A stretch of 39,757 nt of DNA from the IMG/VR virus record IMGVR_UViG_3300009161_003303, positions 1 to 39,757 of that record; one strand, given 5' to 3'. Both the position numbers and the translations under genes were made by a program. This DNA is from a virus (taxonomy: Duplodnaviria; Caudoviricetes). The stretch's first letter is position 1. The number at the start of each line of letters is the position of its first letter. The notes below the pieces were generated by a model. It was not told where the DNA came from. It did not search any database and saw only the letters and a list, made by a program, of their open reading frames with translations. Shown here piece by piece: positions 1 to 7,924 of this stretch.

Positions 1-40
1 CGATTGCTATCACCGCTTCTTGATTTTTGTTATGATCCAT
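1..40 (-). CDS. 5' end of a gene running off the left edge (MDHNKNQEAVIAI...), possibly QueF (preQ0 reductase)
   Basis: ATG at 40 overlaps the end of the kinase gene and the frame is open to the window edge. Only 13 codons are visible, so the identity is inferred from pathway context. Confidence 0.3.
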   Translation of the reverse strand, partial: MDHNKNQEAVIAI

Positions 41-569
41 GATTATTTATTGTAATATAAAACTTTTCTAAACGTTCGGCAACTGAGCCGGTTAAATTAA
101 TTATTGGTATGTTTATTTGATTAATATACTGATCAAACAAATCTACTATCTCATCTCTAAATTGTGTATTAATGCTCCTTACTCCGTCGTCTACTATCTC
201 AAACTCAGGCTTAAGATAAAAAATATAATCGTAACGATCCTTATAATGATTAAAAACATTAACAGCATAATCAAATACCCACTTCTCTAGATTACCTTGA
301 AGATAAAGCCAGTGAGTATAAACTACTCCATCTATAGCGCATCTATCCATAATAGCATTTTCATAAAGAAGGTTCTTAATATGCTCATTCATTATAAGTA
401 ACTGCGTAGTATTACTTCCTGCTTCATTTATCCTCAGACCTTTCTTAACCATTCTACGAGTAATCTCATCGATGAATTCGTAGTTATACCTATAGTTTTC
501 GTTCGATTTAATAGCATCAAGTAGAGTAGTCTTACCTGTTGATTGAGCTCCTGTGAATGATACTTTCAT
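30..569 (-). CDS. P-loop nucleoside/nucleotide kinase-like ATPase (AAA_28/NadR-kinase-like)
   Basis: Walker A GAQSTGKT, then MDRCAID and DDGVRS lid-like motifs typical of NMP/dNK-type kinases. Confidence 0.75.
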   Translation of the reverse strand: MKVSFTGAQSTGKTTLLDAIKSNENYRYNYEFIDEITRRMVKKGLRINEAGSNTTQLLIMNEHIKNLLYENAIMDRCAIDGVVYTHWLYLQGNLEKWVFDYAVNVFNHYKDRYDYIFYLKPEFEIVDDGVRSINTQFRDEIVDLFDQYINQINIPIINLTGSVAERLEKFYITINNHGS

Positions 570-571
570 TA

Positions 572-585
572 CCTAAAGATACGAA
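572..585 (-). promoter_or_regulatory. Class-1 promoter core TTCGTATCTTTAGG directly before the kinase ATG
   Basis: Identical 14-mer at 4062-4075, 6255-6268 and 30688-30701; resembles the Bacteroidota -7 box TAnnTTTG. Confidence 0.7.
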
Positions 586-595
586 TTAAAATTGA

Positions 596-1166
596 TTAAA
601 GCCAATGCCTTGTTAAAAAATCTACCCATAATTTTACTGAGGTTTTATGTAGTTGCTCAAACATCTGATCTATAGTTAGGTCTTTAATAGAAACTTCAAC
701 CCCTCTTAAAACAGGACCTTCATCTACTCCTGCTGTTACTTTGTGAATAACACAGCCGGTAGTCTCTAGATTTAAATTCCAAGCTTTCATCTGAGGATCC
801 TTCCCTTTAAGTTCCGGGTATTTAGATATTAAGCCTGGATGTCCGTTAAACATAGTTGAATATTCTCTAATGATTGATTCAGGAATAACCCTCAACCATC
901 CATGTAGAGTAATTACATAAATATCTTCCGGACCTATTGCTTCAGAGAGTACCTGTCTATATTCATCCTCAGTTGGTTTATTGGAGATGAAGGTAACAGG
1001 CTTACCTTTTAACTTAGCAGTAACAGTCCTCAGATGCTCTGGTCGGATATTACTAACTATAACATCCGGCCAACGACCCATCTGCTCACTCAGTTCAACG
1101 ATCTCAGATCCGGTCTGCGAAAAAAAAAACTACCCATTTTGCAGGTTTATGTATTGTGTTTATCAT
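596..1166 (-). CDS. PurN-like formyltransferase (DpdN-like candidate), interrupted by a one-base frameshift in a T10 tract at 1120-1129
   Basis: The C-terminal frame has HGWLRVIP, FNGHPG and GVDEGP (formyltransferase N-x-H / D residues). ATG at 1166 gives MINTIHKPAKWVVFF; removing one T continues into SQTGSEIVELSEQMGRWPD, a PurN-type N-terminal loop, for a 189 aa product. Confidence 0.8.
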
Positions 1167-1173
1167 ATTATTT

Positions 1174-1204
1174 TAAATATAAGTACTTAGTTTTTTGATT
1201 GCAA
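1174..1204 (-). promoter_or_regulatory. Class-1 promoter variant upstream of the formyltransferase ATG at 1166
   Basis: TTGC-N17-CTTATATTTA, with the same spacing as the other copies. Confidence 0.55.
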
Positions 1205-1966
1205 CTTCCTAGTCTTATTATTTCTAGAAGTCCATTCTCCCTGACTTCTAAGTAGCCCAGCTTCCTTAATTATACGGAGGGGTGTTGATTCACTTTTAAA
1301 CCCTAACTCTTCACCTATTTTTTTACATGATTTCCAATCTACACTATAAGCTTTTTTTATATACTCTATTTGCTGTTCTGTAAGGTTGGGGTTTCGAGAT
1401 CCTTTTATCAGTCCTTTTTTAAGCATCTCTTTCTGAACCTGGTTTATTTTATCTTTAGTGTAGAGCCCTTCTTCTATTAAATGTCTTTTACAGAGGTATA
1501 ATGATATTCCTGTAGCCTCAGCAAGAAACTTCAAACCTTTTATTTCTAACATACCCCATGTTTCCACTATTGTAGTTTTTTGTTCCTGTGTTAGAGGTAT
1601 GTAAGATGGGTTATCACTTCCTTTAAGTTTCGGGCGTTGCATCTTTTTAATAATGTCTACCTTATTTGGATGCTTCGATAAGGTATCTCCACCTTCTCCC
1701 CCAGCAGTTATGTTTAAAGAACCTTCCATTATTATCCAATAACATTCTCGCTCATTTAAGGTTGTTTCACACAGTATACCTTCTTCCAAAATTTGCAACT
1801 TAAGACGCTCAGGGTTCTTATTATAAATTCTCTGCAACCTCGTATTGTGGTGTCTATTTAGACTTAACAACCTTAAATGCTCTTTAAATCTTCTCTCAGC
1901 TTTTTTTACTGTTTTACCTACATAAGCGTCTCCGGTCTGTATATCAACTATTTTATAGATTACCAT
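1187..1966 (-). CDS. Free-standing GIY-YIG homing endonuclease
   Basis: N-terminal VIYKI...YVGKT...RFKEH, ERECYWI and LNITAGGEGG; C-terminal KGSDNP/KGSRNP repeats followed by HTH-like segments. Confidence 0.85.
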   Translation of the reverse strand: MVIYKIVDIQTGDAYVGKTVKKAERRFKEHLRLLSLNRHHNTRLQRIYNKNPERLKLQILEEGILCETTLNERECYWIIMEGSLNITAGGEGGDTLSKHPNKVDIIKKMQRPKLKGSDNPSYIPLTQEQKTTIVETWGMLEIKGLKFLAEATGISLYLCKRHLIEEGLYTKDKINQVQKEMLKKGLIKGSRNPNLTEQQIEYIKKAYSVDWKSCKKIGEELGFKSESTPLRIIKEAGLLRSQGEWTSRNNKTRKLQSKN

Positions 1967-1970
1967 CTAT

Positions 1971-1978
1971 TATAAATA
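1971..1978 (-). promoter_or_regulatory. Class-2 (putative late) promoter TATTTATA
   Basis: Lies 4 nt before the ATG; recurs before four other genes. Confidence 0.6.
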
Positions 1979-2009
1979 GTCTGTTTTTTCTCAAACCGGA
2001 CATGATTAC

Positions 2010-2801
2010 TTAGCCATTCCACCACCTTCTGAAAAGATTGATGTTATTACCTAAAAGCCACCTATCAACATTCTCAGCAGGCCAATTAATTAACTCAAAT
2101 AACTTCTGAGTTTCTTTAGTCTTTAATCCTTCAGGAGGGTACATAACATCCTTAATAGCATGTACTACCGGGTTAGATGTATCCATTGAGTAGATCCAAT
2201 CATAACCTTCATAAAATTGCCCTTCCTGAGGTAATGCACATCCAAGTAAGTGGTGCGGCTTATCTTTATTGATTACTTTATCTTTCACAAGCATTCCAAG
2301 CAAAGCAACTCTACCCATCATCCAGCTAACTAATTTATTAGAATGTGGAACCAGCTCCTCATACAGAGAATAATCGAATGAGATAGCAATCATATCAACT
2401 CCAAGCCTGTCTAATGCTTCATAGCATTTCATAATCTCGTAATAAGTCTTACCCTGAACTACTCCGATTGATTTACCTTTAGTCTTTGGTTTGTAGAATT
2501 CCATCCACTTACTTGCATTGTAGATAGTCTTAGGTCTATCCTCTAAAGCATCCGGAATGATATACCAGGTTGGTTGTAATTTATTAGTCCAATCAGAGAA
2601 TTGCTGCATATCAAAAGCCTCTCCTAATTCAAAGATTGAATTATCTAAAATAACTTCTCTGCCTTGATCAATTGCGTTGATAAAGAGCTTATGATAGGAT
2701 TCATTCTCCTCTAGTAGATGCACCAAAGCATAATCATAATCAGTCCTAGCTTGAACGTAATCAAAAAGACCTATAGGAGATTCGTGAGCAATCTTTATCA
2801 T
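2010..2801 (-). CDS. dpdA: tRNA-guanine transglycosylase-like (DpdA-type) 7-deazaguanine base-exchange enzyme
   Basis: TGT-barrel motifs in order: ILDNSIFE, IIPD, IGVVQG, HHLLG, SMDTSNP. Lacks the C-terminal Zn site of bacterial Tgt. Lies near folE and the formyltransferase. Confidence 0.65.
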   Translation of the reverse strand: MIKIAHESPIGLFDYVQARTDYDYALVHLLEENESYHKLFINAIDQGREVILDNSIFELGEAFDMQQFSDWTNKLQPTWYIIPDALEDRPKTIYNASKWMEFYKPKTKGKSIGVVQGKTYYEIMKCYEALDRLGVDMIAISFDYSLYEELVPHSNKLVSWMMGRVALLGMLVKDKVINKDKPHHLLGCALPQEGQFYEGYDWIYSMDTSNPVVHAIKDVMYPPEGLKTKETQKLFELINWPAENVDRWLLGNNINLFRRWWNG

Positions 2802-2806
2802 AGGAC

Positions 2807-3004
2807 TTATTCTAATACTTTTAAGATTTTAGACCTATTAACTCCAATTACTGTGAAGTTAGACTCGCCTGTAAACTCAACGTAGATTTTAGCTTCAGCA
2901 TCTGTTGCTGATACTGCATCAACTAAATAAAGTTCCTTTACTTTCTGTACACGACCTCGGTCGTTTTCGTGCTCTAGCTGCACCGTTACTTGCCAATATT
3001 CCAT
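2807..3004 (-). CDS. DUF4494-like small protein
   Basis: KVKELYLVDAVSATDAEAKI resembles the Bacteroidota DUF4494 N-terminal pattern. Confidence 0.6.
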   Translation of the reverse strand: MEYWQVTVQLEHENDRGRVQKVKELYLVDAVSATDAEAKIYVEFTGESNFTVIGVNRSKILKVLE

Positions 3005-3016
3005 TTTGTCTTATTA

Positions 3017-3694
3017 TTATTTACAACTATACCCTTTAACGAACTCATAAAATTCTGCTCTTGCTGAATCTTCTTCTAAGAAACATCCAGATAATTTAGA
3101 AGTCTTCATAGAAGCTCCTGAATGCTTAACTCCCCTACATGATACGCAGTTGTGGGTTGCTTCAACCATCACACCTACTCCTAAGTTACCTTCACAGATT
3201 TTATTTACTGCATTGTGAACTGCAACCGTATACTGCTCCTGAATAGTACCTCTGCGTCCGAAGTACTCAACGATTCTATTTAACTTAGATAAGCCGATAA
3301 CCTTTCCATCCTTAGAAGGAACATACCCGATATGAACTCTGCCTTGGATTGTTTGGTGGTGATGAGAGCACATTGAGGTAATTGGAATATTGCCTTCGAA
3401 TACTATCCCGTCATATCCATCAGAAGGAAACGCCGTAACTGCATCCATCGTATCATAACGACCCTTCCAAAGGTCAAAGACATAAGCCTTAGCAACTCGT
3501 CTAGGAGTCTCTGAAGAATTAGGATCATTCCTCCAATCACAACCTAATGCGTCTAAGAACTGACCATAAGCTTTTTCTGCTTTCTCAACCATTTTCCATT
3601 TCTCTTTTTCGGTGAACGGATAACCGGGTGCCTTGCCATTAGCAAAACCTAAACCCGCTAATTCAAGACCGTCTGAAAATTCTTTTAAATCCAT
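3017..3694 (-). CDS. folE: GTP cyclohydrolase I
   Basis: ETPRRVAK, SMCSHHH, IGLSKLNRIV, IQE and HNCVSCRG motifs. Confidence 0.95.
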   Translation of the reverse strand: MDLKEFSDGLELAGLGFANGKAPGYPFTEKEKWKMVEKAEKAYGQFLDALGCDWRNDPNSSETPRRVAKAYVFDLWKGRYDTMDAVTAFPSDGYDGIVFEGNIPITSMCSHHHQTIQGRVHIGYVPSKDGKVIGLSKLNRIVEYFGRRGTIQEQYTVAVHNAVNKICEGNLGVGVMVEATHNCVSCRGVKHSGASMKTSKLSGCFLEEDSARAEFYEFVKGYSCK

Positions 3695-3699
3695 TTGTA

Positions 3700-3729
3700 T
3701 AATATAATATTAATTTTTTAATAATGCAA
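3700..3729 (-). promoter_or_regulatory. Class-1 promoter variant upstream of folE
   Basis: TTGC-N17-TATATATTA, with conserved spacing but a degenerate core. Confidence 0.45.
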
Positions 3730-3730
3730 C

Positions 3731-4060
3731 TTATAACCCAGAAGGAGTATTTCTTTCTGAGTTATGTAGTACTGTATTGGTTTGATGAATAATAGTATCC
3801 TTCGGGTGAGCGGCTGGATTACAGAATGTATTCGTTTTATAATAGTAAACCGGTCCTTCGTACTCGTAAGTCTCATTTTCAACAAGAGGATTACCAAGTT
3901 CGATCTTAGTAGGTCTAGTTATTCTCCTAGGTCCATTATAAGATCTGAAATTAGTCTCTAAAGTTCTACACCAATTCCCGCTCGGTAGTTGAATCTCACA
4001 AGCCCAAGCAGTATTAAAATCGTATTCTAATTTACCAGTATTACCTCTTTTTTCTCCCAT
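3731..4060 (-). CDS. Hypothetical protein
   Basis: 109 aa ORF directly after a class-1 promoter core. Confidence 0.7.
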   Translation of the reverse strand: MGEKRGNTGKLEYDFNTAWACEIQLPSGNWCRTLETNFRSYNGPRRITRPTKIELGNPLVENETYEYEGPVYYYKTNTFCNPAAHPKDTIIHQTNTVLHNSERNTPSGL

Positions 4061-4061
4061 A

Positions 4062-4075
4062 CCTAAAGATACGAA
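4062..4075 (-). promoter_or_regulatory. Class-1 promoter core TTCGTATCTTTAGG
   Basis: Exact 14-mer repeat, 1 nt before the ATG at 4060. Confidence 0.7.
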
Positions 4076-4282
4076 CTATTTAGGTAATAAGCCAGCCTTT
4101 TCTATTTCAGTCCAAACCCTAACCTTCCAAAGGTCAACGGTTGCTCCTTCGATAAACGATTCACCTCTCATGGTTGCTTTTGATAGCTGCACAATGCACA
4201 TATCAAACATCCTATCTGCTAAGGTTAGATTACCTTCTTTAACGTTCTGTCTTCCTAATTTAAATTTTTCCTTGATTGTCAT
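4076..4282 (-). CDS. Hypothetical protein
   Basis: 68 aa ORF in a tightly packed minus-strand run. Confidence 0.6.
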   Translation of the reverse strand: MTIKEKFKLGRQNVKEGNLTLADRMFDMCIVQLSKATMRGESFIEGATVDLWKVRVWTEIEKAGLLPK

Positions 4283-4487
4283 AACTTTTTTTTATTTTCT
4301 TTTTAGTTTTGTTTTCTTTTTCTCGTTCCTCAACCACAAGCTGAATATCTAAAGATATCAGCATGCACATTGCTTTAACTTGTGCCGGATAATACTGCAT
4401 CATCTCCAGCAGCACTCCCTGATCCATTGAATCAAAAAACTCAGATGGATCGGAGAAGTCCTGTTGCTTCTTCTTAGTCTTCCTCAT
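4260..4487 (-). CDS. Hypothetical protein
   Basis: 75 aa ORF overlapping both neighbours. Confidence 0.55.
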   Translation of the reverse strand: MRKTKKKQQDFSDPSEFFDSMDQGVLLEMMQYYPAQVKAMCMLISLDIQLVVEEREKENKTKKKIKKSYDNQGKI

Positions 4488-4587
4488 CTACTGGGATAAC
4501 TGTCTTCTTAGGTTTAACCCTTCTTTTTAGATCTTCTAAGTAGATTCTTAAGACTTGTAGCTTCTCTTGGTTTGTTGATTTGCTCAT
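4474..4587 (-). CDS. Small hypothetical protein (37 aa, MSKSTNQEKLQVLRIYLEDLKRR...), not in the ORF track
   Basis: ATG 1 nt after the upstream stop; fills the gap exactly. Confidence 0.5.
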   Translation of the reverse strand: MSKSTNQEKLQVLRIYLEDLKRRVKPKKTVIPVDEED

Positions 4588-4588
4588 A

Positions 4589-5152
4589 TTAAAATAATTC
4601 TTTTAAGTGTTCTCTCTGTACTACTTCTTTTAATCTCTGAGAGTAGTTTGATCCTTCTGCATAAGATGCATCAAGGGCTGCGTAATAATATTCTTCAGTA
4701 CCTACTCCTCCAAGGTACCTGCATTGATAAAAGGCGTAATCGTAAACTGATTCCTGCCAGGTAGTATAATAAGCATGATTGAGATTAGTACCTTGAGCGG
4801 TATTAATCCTTGCTCCTGCTTGCTTCATTCCAAATAGATTATGATTCTGCTTGAAGACATCACTCTTCCAATGCCCAGTCTCAAGTATTGATTGTGCCAT
4901 TACAATATGTGGGTACTTAATGCTTAAGTCTTTTAGCAAAGTAACTAACTTATCCTTAGTAAATTTATTCTCTTCTGCCCGTAAATCAACAACAATCATT
5001 TCTTTCTCTAAAGTCGATAGATGCTTAATTGCTGTTAGTCTACCGATAATAAAGGTTAGTACTATTAAAACTAATACTGTTGTTAGGCTGATGTAGAACT
5101 TTTTGAGATCCTTTACCAACTTTAATTCTTCATAATCTATTTTATAAAACAT
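4589..5152 (-). CDS. Membrane-anchored GH73-family glucosaminidase (peptidoglycan hydrolase)
   Basis: N-terminal hydrophobic helix, then AQSILETG, NHNLFGMK and Y..WQESVYDY motifs. Confidence 0.8.
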   Translation of the reverse strand: MFYKIDYEELKLVKDLKKFYISLTTVLVLIVLTFIIGRLTAIKHLSTLEKEMIVVDLRAEENKFTKDKLVTLLKDLSIKYPHIVMAQSILETGHWKSDVFKQNHNLFGMKQAGARINTAQGTNLNHAYYTTWQESVYDYAFYQCRYLGGVGTEEYYYAALDASYAEGSNYSQRLKEVVQREHLKELF

Positions 5153-5169
5153 AACTTCTTATTTTTCTT

Positions 5170-5200
5170 TAAATATACGAACTTTAATTCAGAAAGGCAA
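5170..5200 (-). promoter_or_regulatory. Class-1 promoter
   Basis: TTGC-N17-CGTATATTTA. Confidence 0.7.
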
Positions 5201-5356
5201 CTAAAATAAATCTAAAGGATTCTTTTTTAGTGTATAACCTTTTAGTTTCTGATTGATTTCATCTTGTTTGAGTAACTGAGAAGCTATTCTATCAAGATGC
5301 TTTCTCTTTTCTTTTTCCTTATTCTCAAGAATCTTATCGTGTTTCTCTCTTTTCAT
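5201..5356 (-). CDS. Small charged hypothetical protein (51 aa, MKREKHDKILENKEKE...), not in the ORF track
   Basis: ATGA overlap with the upstream stop; ends right at the next promoter. Confidence 0.55.
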   Translation of the reverse strand: MKREKHDKILENKEKEKRKHLDRIASQLLKQDEINQKLKGYTLKKNPLDLF

Positions 5357-5985
5357 ATGTGACTTATAAAATCATCTTCAGGAGGCTGTTCATCTATTAA
5401 TCCAAGTTCCTTTAGTCTCTCAAGCTGATACTCATCAAGATCCCATTCTGGTTCTTCTTGTTTATAAATAGTAAGATGATCTTCAAGTCCTTGAATTTGT
5501 CTTTTGTCAAACACATCACCGACTGTAAGGAAATAACAGTTGTAGCAAAGTAATTCAAGGTTCTCCACCCTGTAATTCTTTTTGTTAGAGTCTTTAAAAT
5601 GCATCAATAAAGGCATCTTATAATCTAAAACTCGTCTCTCTTGAAAATTACAACGGTCACATTTCTCAAGCAGGTACCCTTCAGTGATCAACTTGTTTCT
5701 AATCTTCTCGGGAGTAAAAGAATGCGGTGAAGCATTCCCGTCAATGATTTCCTGTAAGGAAGGTTCCCCTGTCTTACCAACCAAGAACTTTGGAATGCCG
5801 GTACCGGATTGATTCTTATGCTTCTCAAAAAGACATAGCCCAGTCTCTTCATCCTTATATTCCCTTGCATATTTTTTATAATGCACAAAGGAGACAGAGA
5901 GGTACCTGGCTGCAGCTCGATTAGACTTCGTCCGCGACATTGCCGACAAAATCATATCCTTTGAGAGAAACTTAATCTTCACCAT
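5353..5985 (-). CDS. HTH plus HNH-like Zn-finger protein
   Basis: N-terminal SNRAAARYLSVS (HTH-like); CDRC...HFKDSNKKNYRVENLELLCYNC (HNH fold, degenerate). Confidence 0.65.
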   Translation of the reverse strand: MVKIKFLSKDMILSAMSRTKSNRAAARYLSVSFVHYKKYAREYKDEETGLCLFEKHKNQSGTGIPKFLVGKTGEPSLQEIIDGNASPHSFTPEKIRNKLITEGYLLEKCDRCNFQERRVLDYKMPLLMHFKDSNKKNYRVENLELLCYNCYFLTVGDVFDKRQIQGLEDHLTIYKQEEPEWDLDEYQLERLKELGLIDEQPPEDDFISHI

Positions 5986-6229
5986 CTTGTACCGGGCTAT
6001 CTTCAGGGAAGATAAAGCCTATCTGCTCATCTTTTCCAAAGATATACTCATACTCATCTGCTTCCATAATAATCAGATCGTTAAAAGTATCTTCTCCTTC
6101 ACCCTTAACAACCGTTACCGATCGTTTCATCCTAGAGTTAGAACAACTAACACAGGTGGTTGCACCCGGAAGGGCTTTCAAACGTCCCTCAGGGATCTCT
6201 TCTTTACATTTACTACATTGTACTGTCAT
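5972..6229 (-). CDS. TraR/DksA C4-type zinc-finger protein
   Basis: CSKCKEEIPEGRLKALPGATTCVSC matches the DksA/TraR finger. Confidence 0.85.
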   Translation of the reverse strand: MTVQCSKCKEEIPEGRLKALPGATTCVSCSNSRMKRSVTVVKGEGEDTFNDLIIMEADEYEYIFGKDEQIGFIFPEDSPVQDGED

Positions 6230-6254
6230 AACTTATTATTTGTTTCTATTATAA

Positions 6255-6287
6255 CCTAAAGATACGAACCAGAATTCAGATAAGCAA
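6255..6287 (-). promoter_or_regulatory. Class-1 promoter
   Basis: TTGC-N17-CGTATCTTTAGG. Confidence 0.75.
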
Positions 6288-6290
6288 CTA

Positions 6291-6689
6291 TTATAAATCA
6301 AATTTAAAAACAATATACTCATAAAGATCACCCGGAGTTTCAAATTTATATTGATCACCATCCTCATCCTCCCAGGCCATTACTTCTCCGGCAGCATTCT
6401 TTCTTTCATAAACATACCACCAAAGTATATCAGCAACCTCCTCCGTGAATGCGAAGGCAAGTATCTCACCCATCATATCCCAGTAAGGCTCCACAATAGA
6501 GGTAGTATCTATTTTAGTTAGTTCAAAAATCTTATGCTCATTCTGAGCTAATTTTTCAATCTTAGATAGCATCTTAGTGAAGAGCTTCTTCTCTTCTTTT
6601 AGGATCTTATCCTCAGTTACGTCAATGACTTTAAATTTAACCTTGAAGGTTTCATCTAATGCTTTTTTAATTAACTCAAAACTTTCCAT
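6291..6689 (-). CDS. Hypothetical protein
   Basis: 132 aa ORF in operon. Confidence 0.7.
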   Translation of the reverse strand: MESFELIKKALDETFKVKFKVIDVTEDKILKEEKKLFTKMLSKIEKLAQNEHKIFELTKIDTTSIVEPYWDMMGEILAFAFTEEVADILWWYVYERKNAAGEVMAWEDEDGDQYKFETPGDLYEYIVFKFDL

Positions 6690-6846
6690 CTGTTATTGGT
6701 GTTATGTTAAATAAATCCACAAAGACATTCACAGTAAGTCCTTTCATGGCTGCAAAGAAGATTGCTGCATCTTGTGAACTTTGGAATATTCCTGAGTTAA
6801 TAATCTCCTGGCTGGGGTCGTTCTTGCTGTAGAATCCAAATTTCAT
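6676..6846 (-). CDS. Hypothetical protein (start revised to MKFGFYSK at 6846)
   Basis: ATGA coupling with the upstream stop at 6843-6845. Confidence 0.6.
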   Translation of the reverse strand: MKFGFYSKNDPSQEIINSGIFQSSQDAAIFFAAMKGLTVNVFVDLFNITPITDGKF

Positions 6847-7160
6847 AATTTGTCTATCAGTGCTTTGATCTCTATACATTTTAAATAGTCCTCCTCTTGT
6901 TCATAAATATTTAAGATAGTAGTAAGGATTTTTTTATATTGCTTCTTTTCAATTGCAAGGTCTAGATTGTAGTAAACTAGTCTGAATAAAGATAATTCAG
7001 GTCTATCAGTTAGGACTGCTTCAGATACTCTCTCTAGTACTTCAGTTTTAATTACAGTTTGAAATTCAGGGGACTGTAGTGTATTGTAGAATTCATCTTT
7101 GATATCTTCCTCTTCGTCAAAGTACACCTCAAGGTGAATTGGTATATCTATTTTTTTCAT
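6843..7160 (-). CDS. Hypothetical protein with UVR-like C-terminal helix
   Basis: EQEEDYLKCIEIK pattern; ATGA-coupled. Confidence 0.65.
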   Translation of the reverse strand: MKKIDIPIHLEVYFDEEEDIKDEFYNTLQSPEFQTVIKTEVLERVSEAVLTDRPELSLFRLVYYNLDLAIEKKQYKKILTTILNIYEQEEDYLKCIEIKALIDKL

Positions 7161-7924
7161 AGTAGTTTTGAATTATTAATTGGATTGTGTTTTGAGTATT
7201 GACCCCATTTGTATTTAAAATACTCATGACAGGCTTGCTCTTTAATTACTTTAGATTGCTTCTCTTCCGGGGTTGCTTCTGTACCTACTGAAACGAAATG
7301 GTAGAAATGACAAGCATATGTTCTAAGCATCTTCATTCCTGATAGTTCACATTTAAGAAAGAAATCCCAATCAACTACCCAGGCACCTGGATAAGATTCA
7401 TCCCAGCCTCCAACGCGTAAGTAATCTGTCTTAGACATAAATATTGGTAAAGTTGATCCTGACTCTTCAATCCTATTGTCAATAACAGTATATTCATATT
7501 CCCAAAAATCATTTATGTTAAACGTCTTAGGATCTCTACCTAAATTATTAATATGGAATTGTTTAAACATAGAAGGAATAGGTTCAATTTGATTAGGTGC
7601 TAATACACTCCCTGGTTTATGCTGTTCAAGTAATACTTCATCCCATGCTTCCGGAAAGACATTATCATCATTTACAATCAGGATCTTATCAAATTCAGCA
7701 TTATAAACTCCTAAGTTGGTTGCTCTAGAAAGTCCGGCATTCTCTTCTAAAATTAAGACTTGAATGTCTTGTTTATACTTCTCAAGAACCTCTCTATTAA
7801 CCTCGTAGAACCCATCTACTACTACTATGATTTGGTTATTGTGTCGTTGTCCAATGATTGCAGACCTTAAACAAACATCAAGCACTTCAGGCTCTTTGTA
7901 TGTAGGGATGATTACTGAGATCAT
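7157..7924 (-). CDS. Family 2 glycosyltransferase (start revised to MISVIIPTY at 7924)
   Basis: SVIIPTY, IIVVVDG, NAGLSRATNLG, VNDD and GGWDE motifs; ATGA overlap at 7921-7924. Confidence 0.9.
   Translation of the reverse strand: MISVIIPTYKEPEVLDVCLRSAIIGQRHNNQIIVVVDGFYEVNREVLEKYKQDIQVLILEENAGLSRATNLGVYNAEFDKILIVNDDNVFPEAWDEVLLEQHKPGSVLAPNQIEPIPSMFKQFHINNLGRDPKTFNINDFWEYEYTVIDNRIEESGSTLPIFMSKTDYLRVGGWDESYPGAWVVDWDFFLKCELSGMKMLRTYACHFYHFVSVGTEATPEEKQSKVIKEQACHEYFKYKWGQYSKHNPINNSKLL

Noticed and set aside
596-1166. De novo purine synthesis (purN)
   Set aside because: No other pur genes in the window; neighbours are deazaguanine-pathway genes.
1187-2009. Group I intron around the GIY-YIG gene (also considered for the other endonucleases)
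   Set aside because: Flanking genes appear complete and the spacers are under about 65 nt, too short for a ribozyme core.
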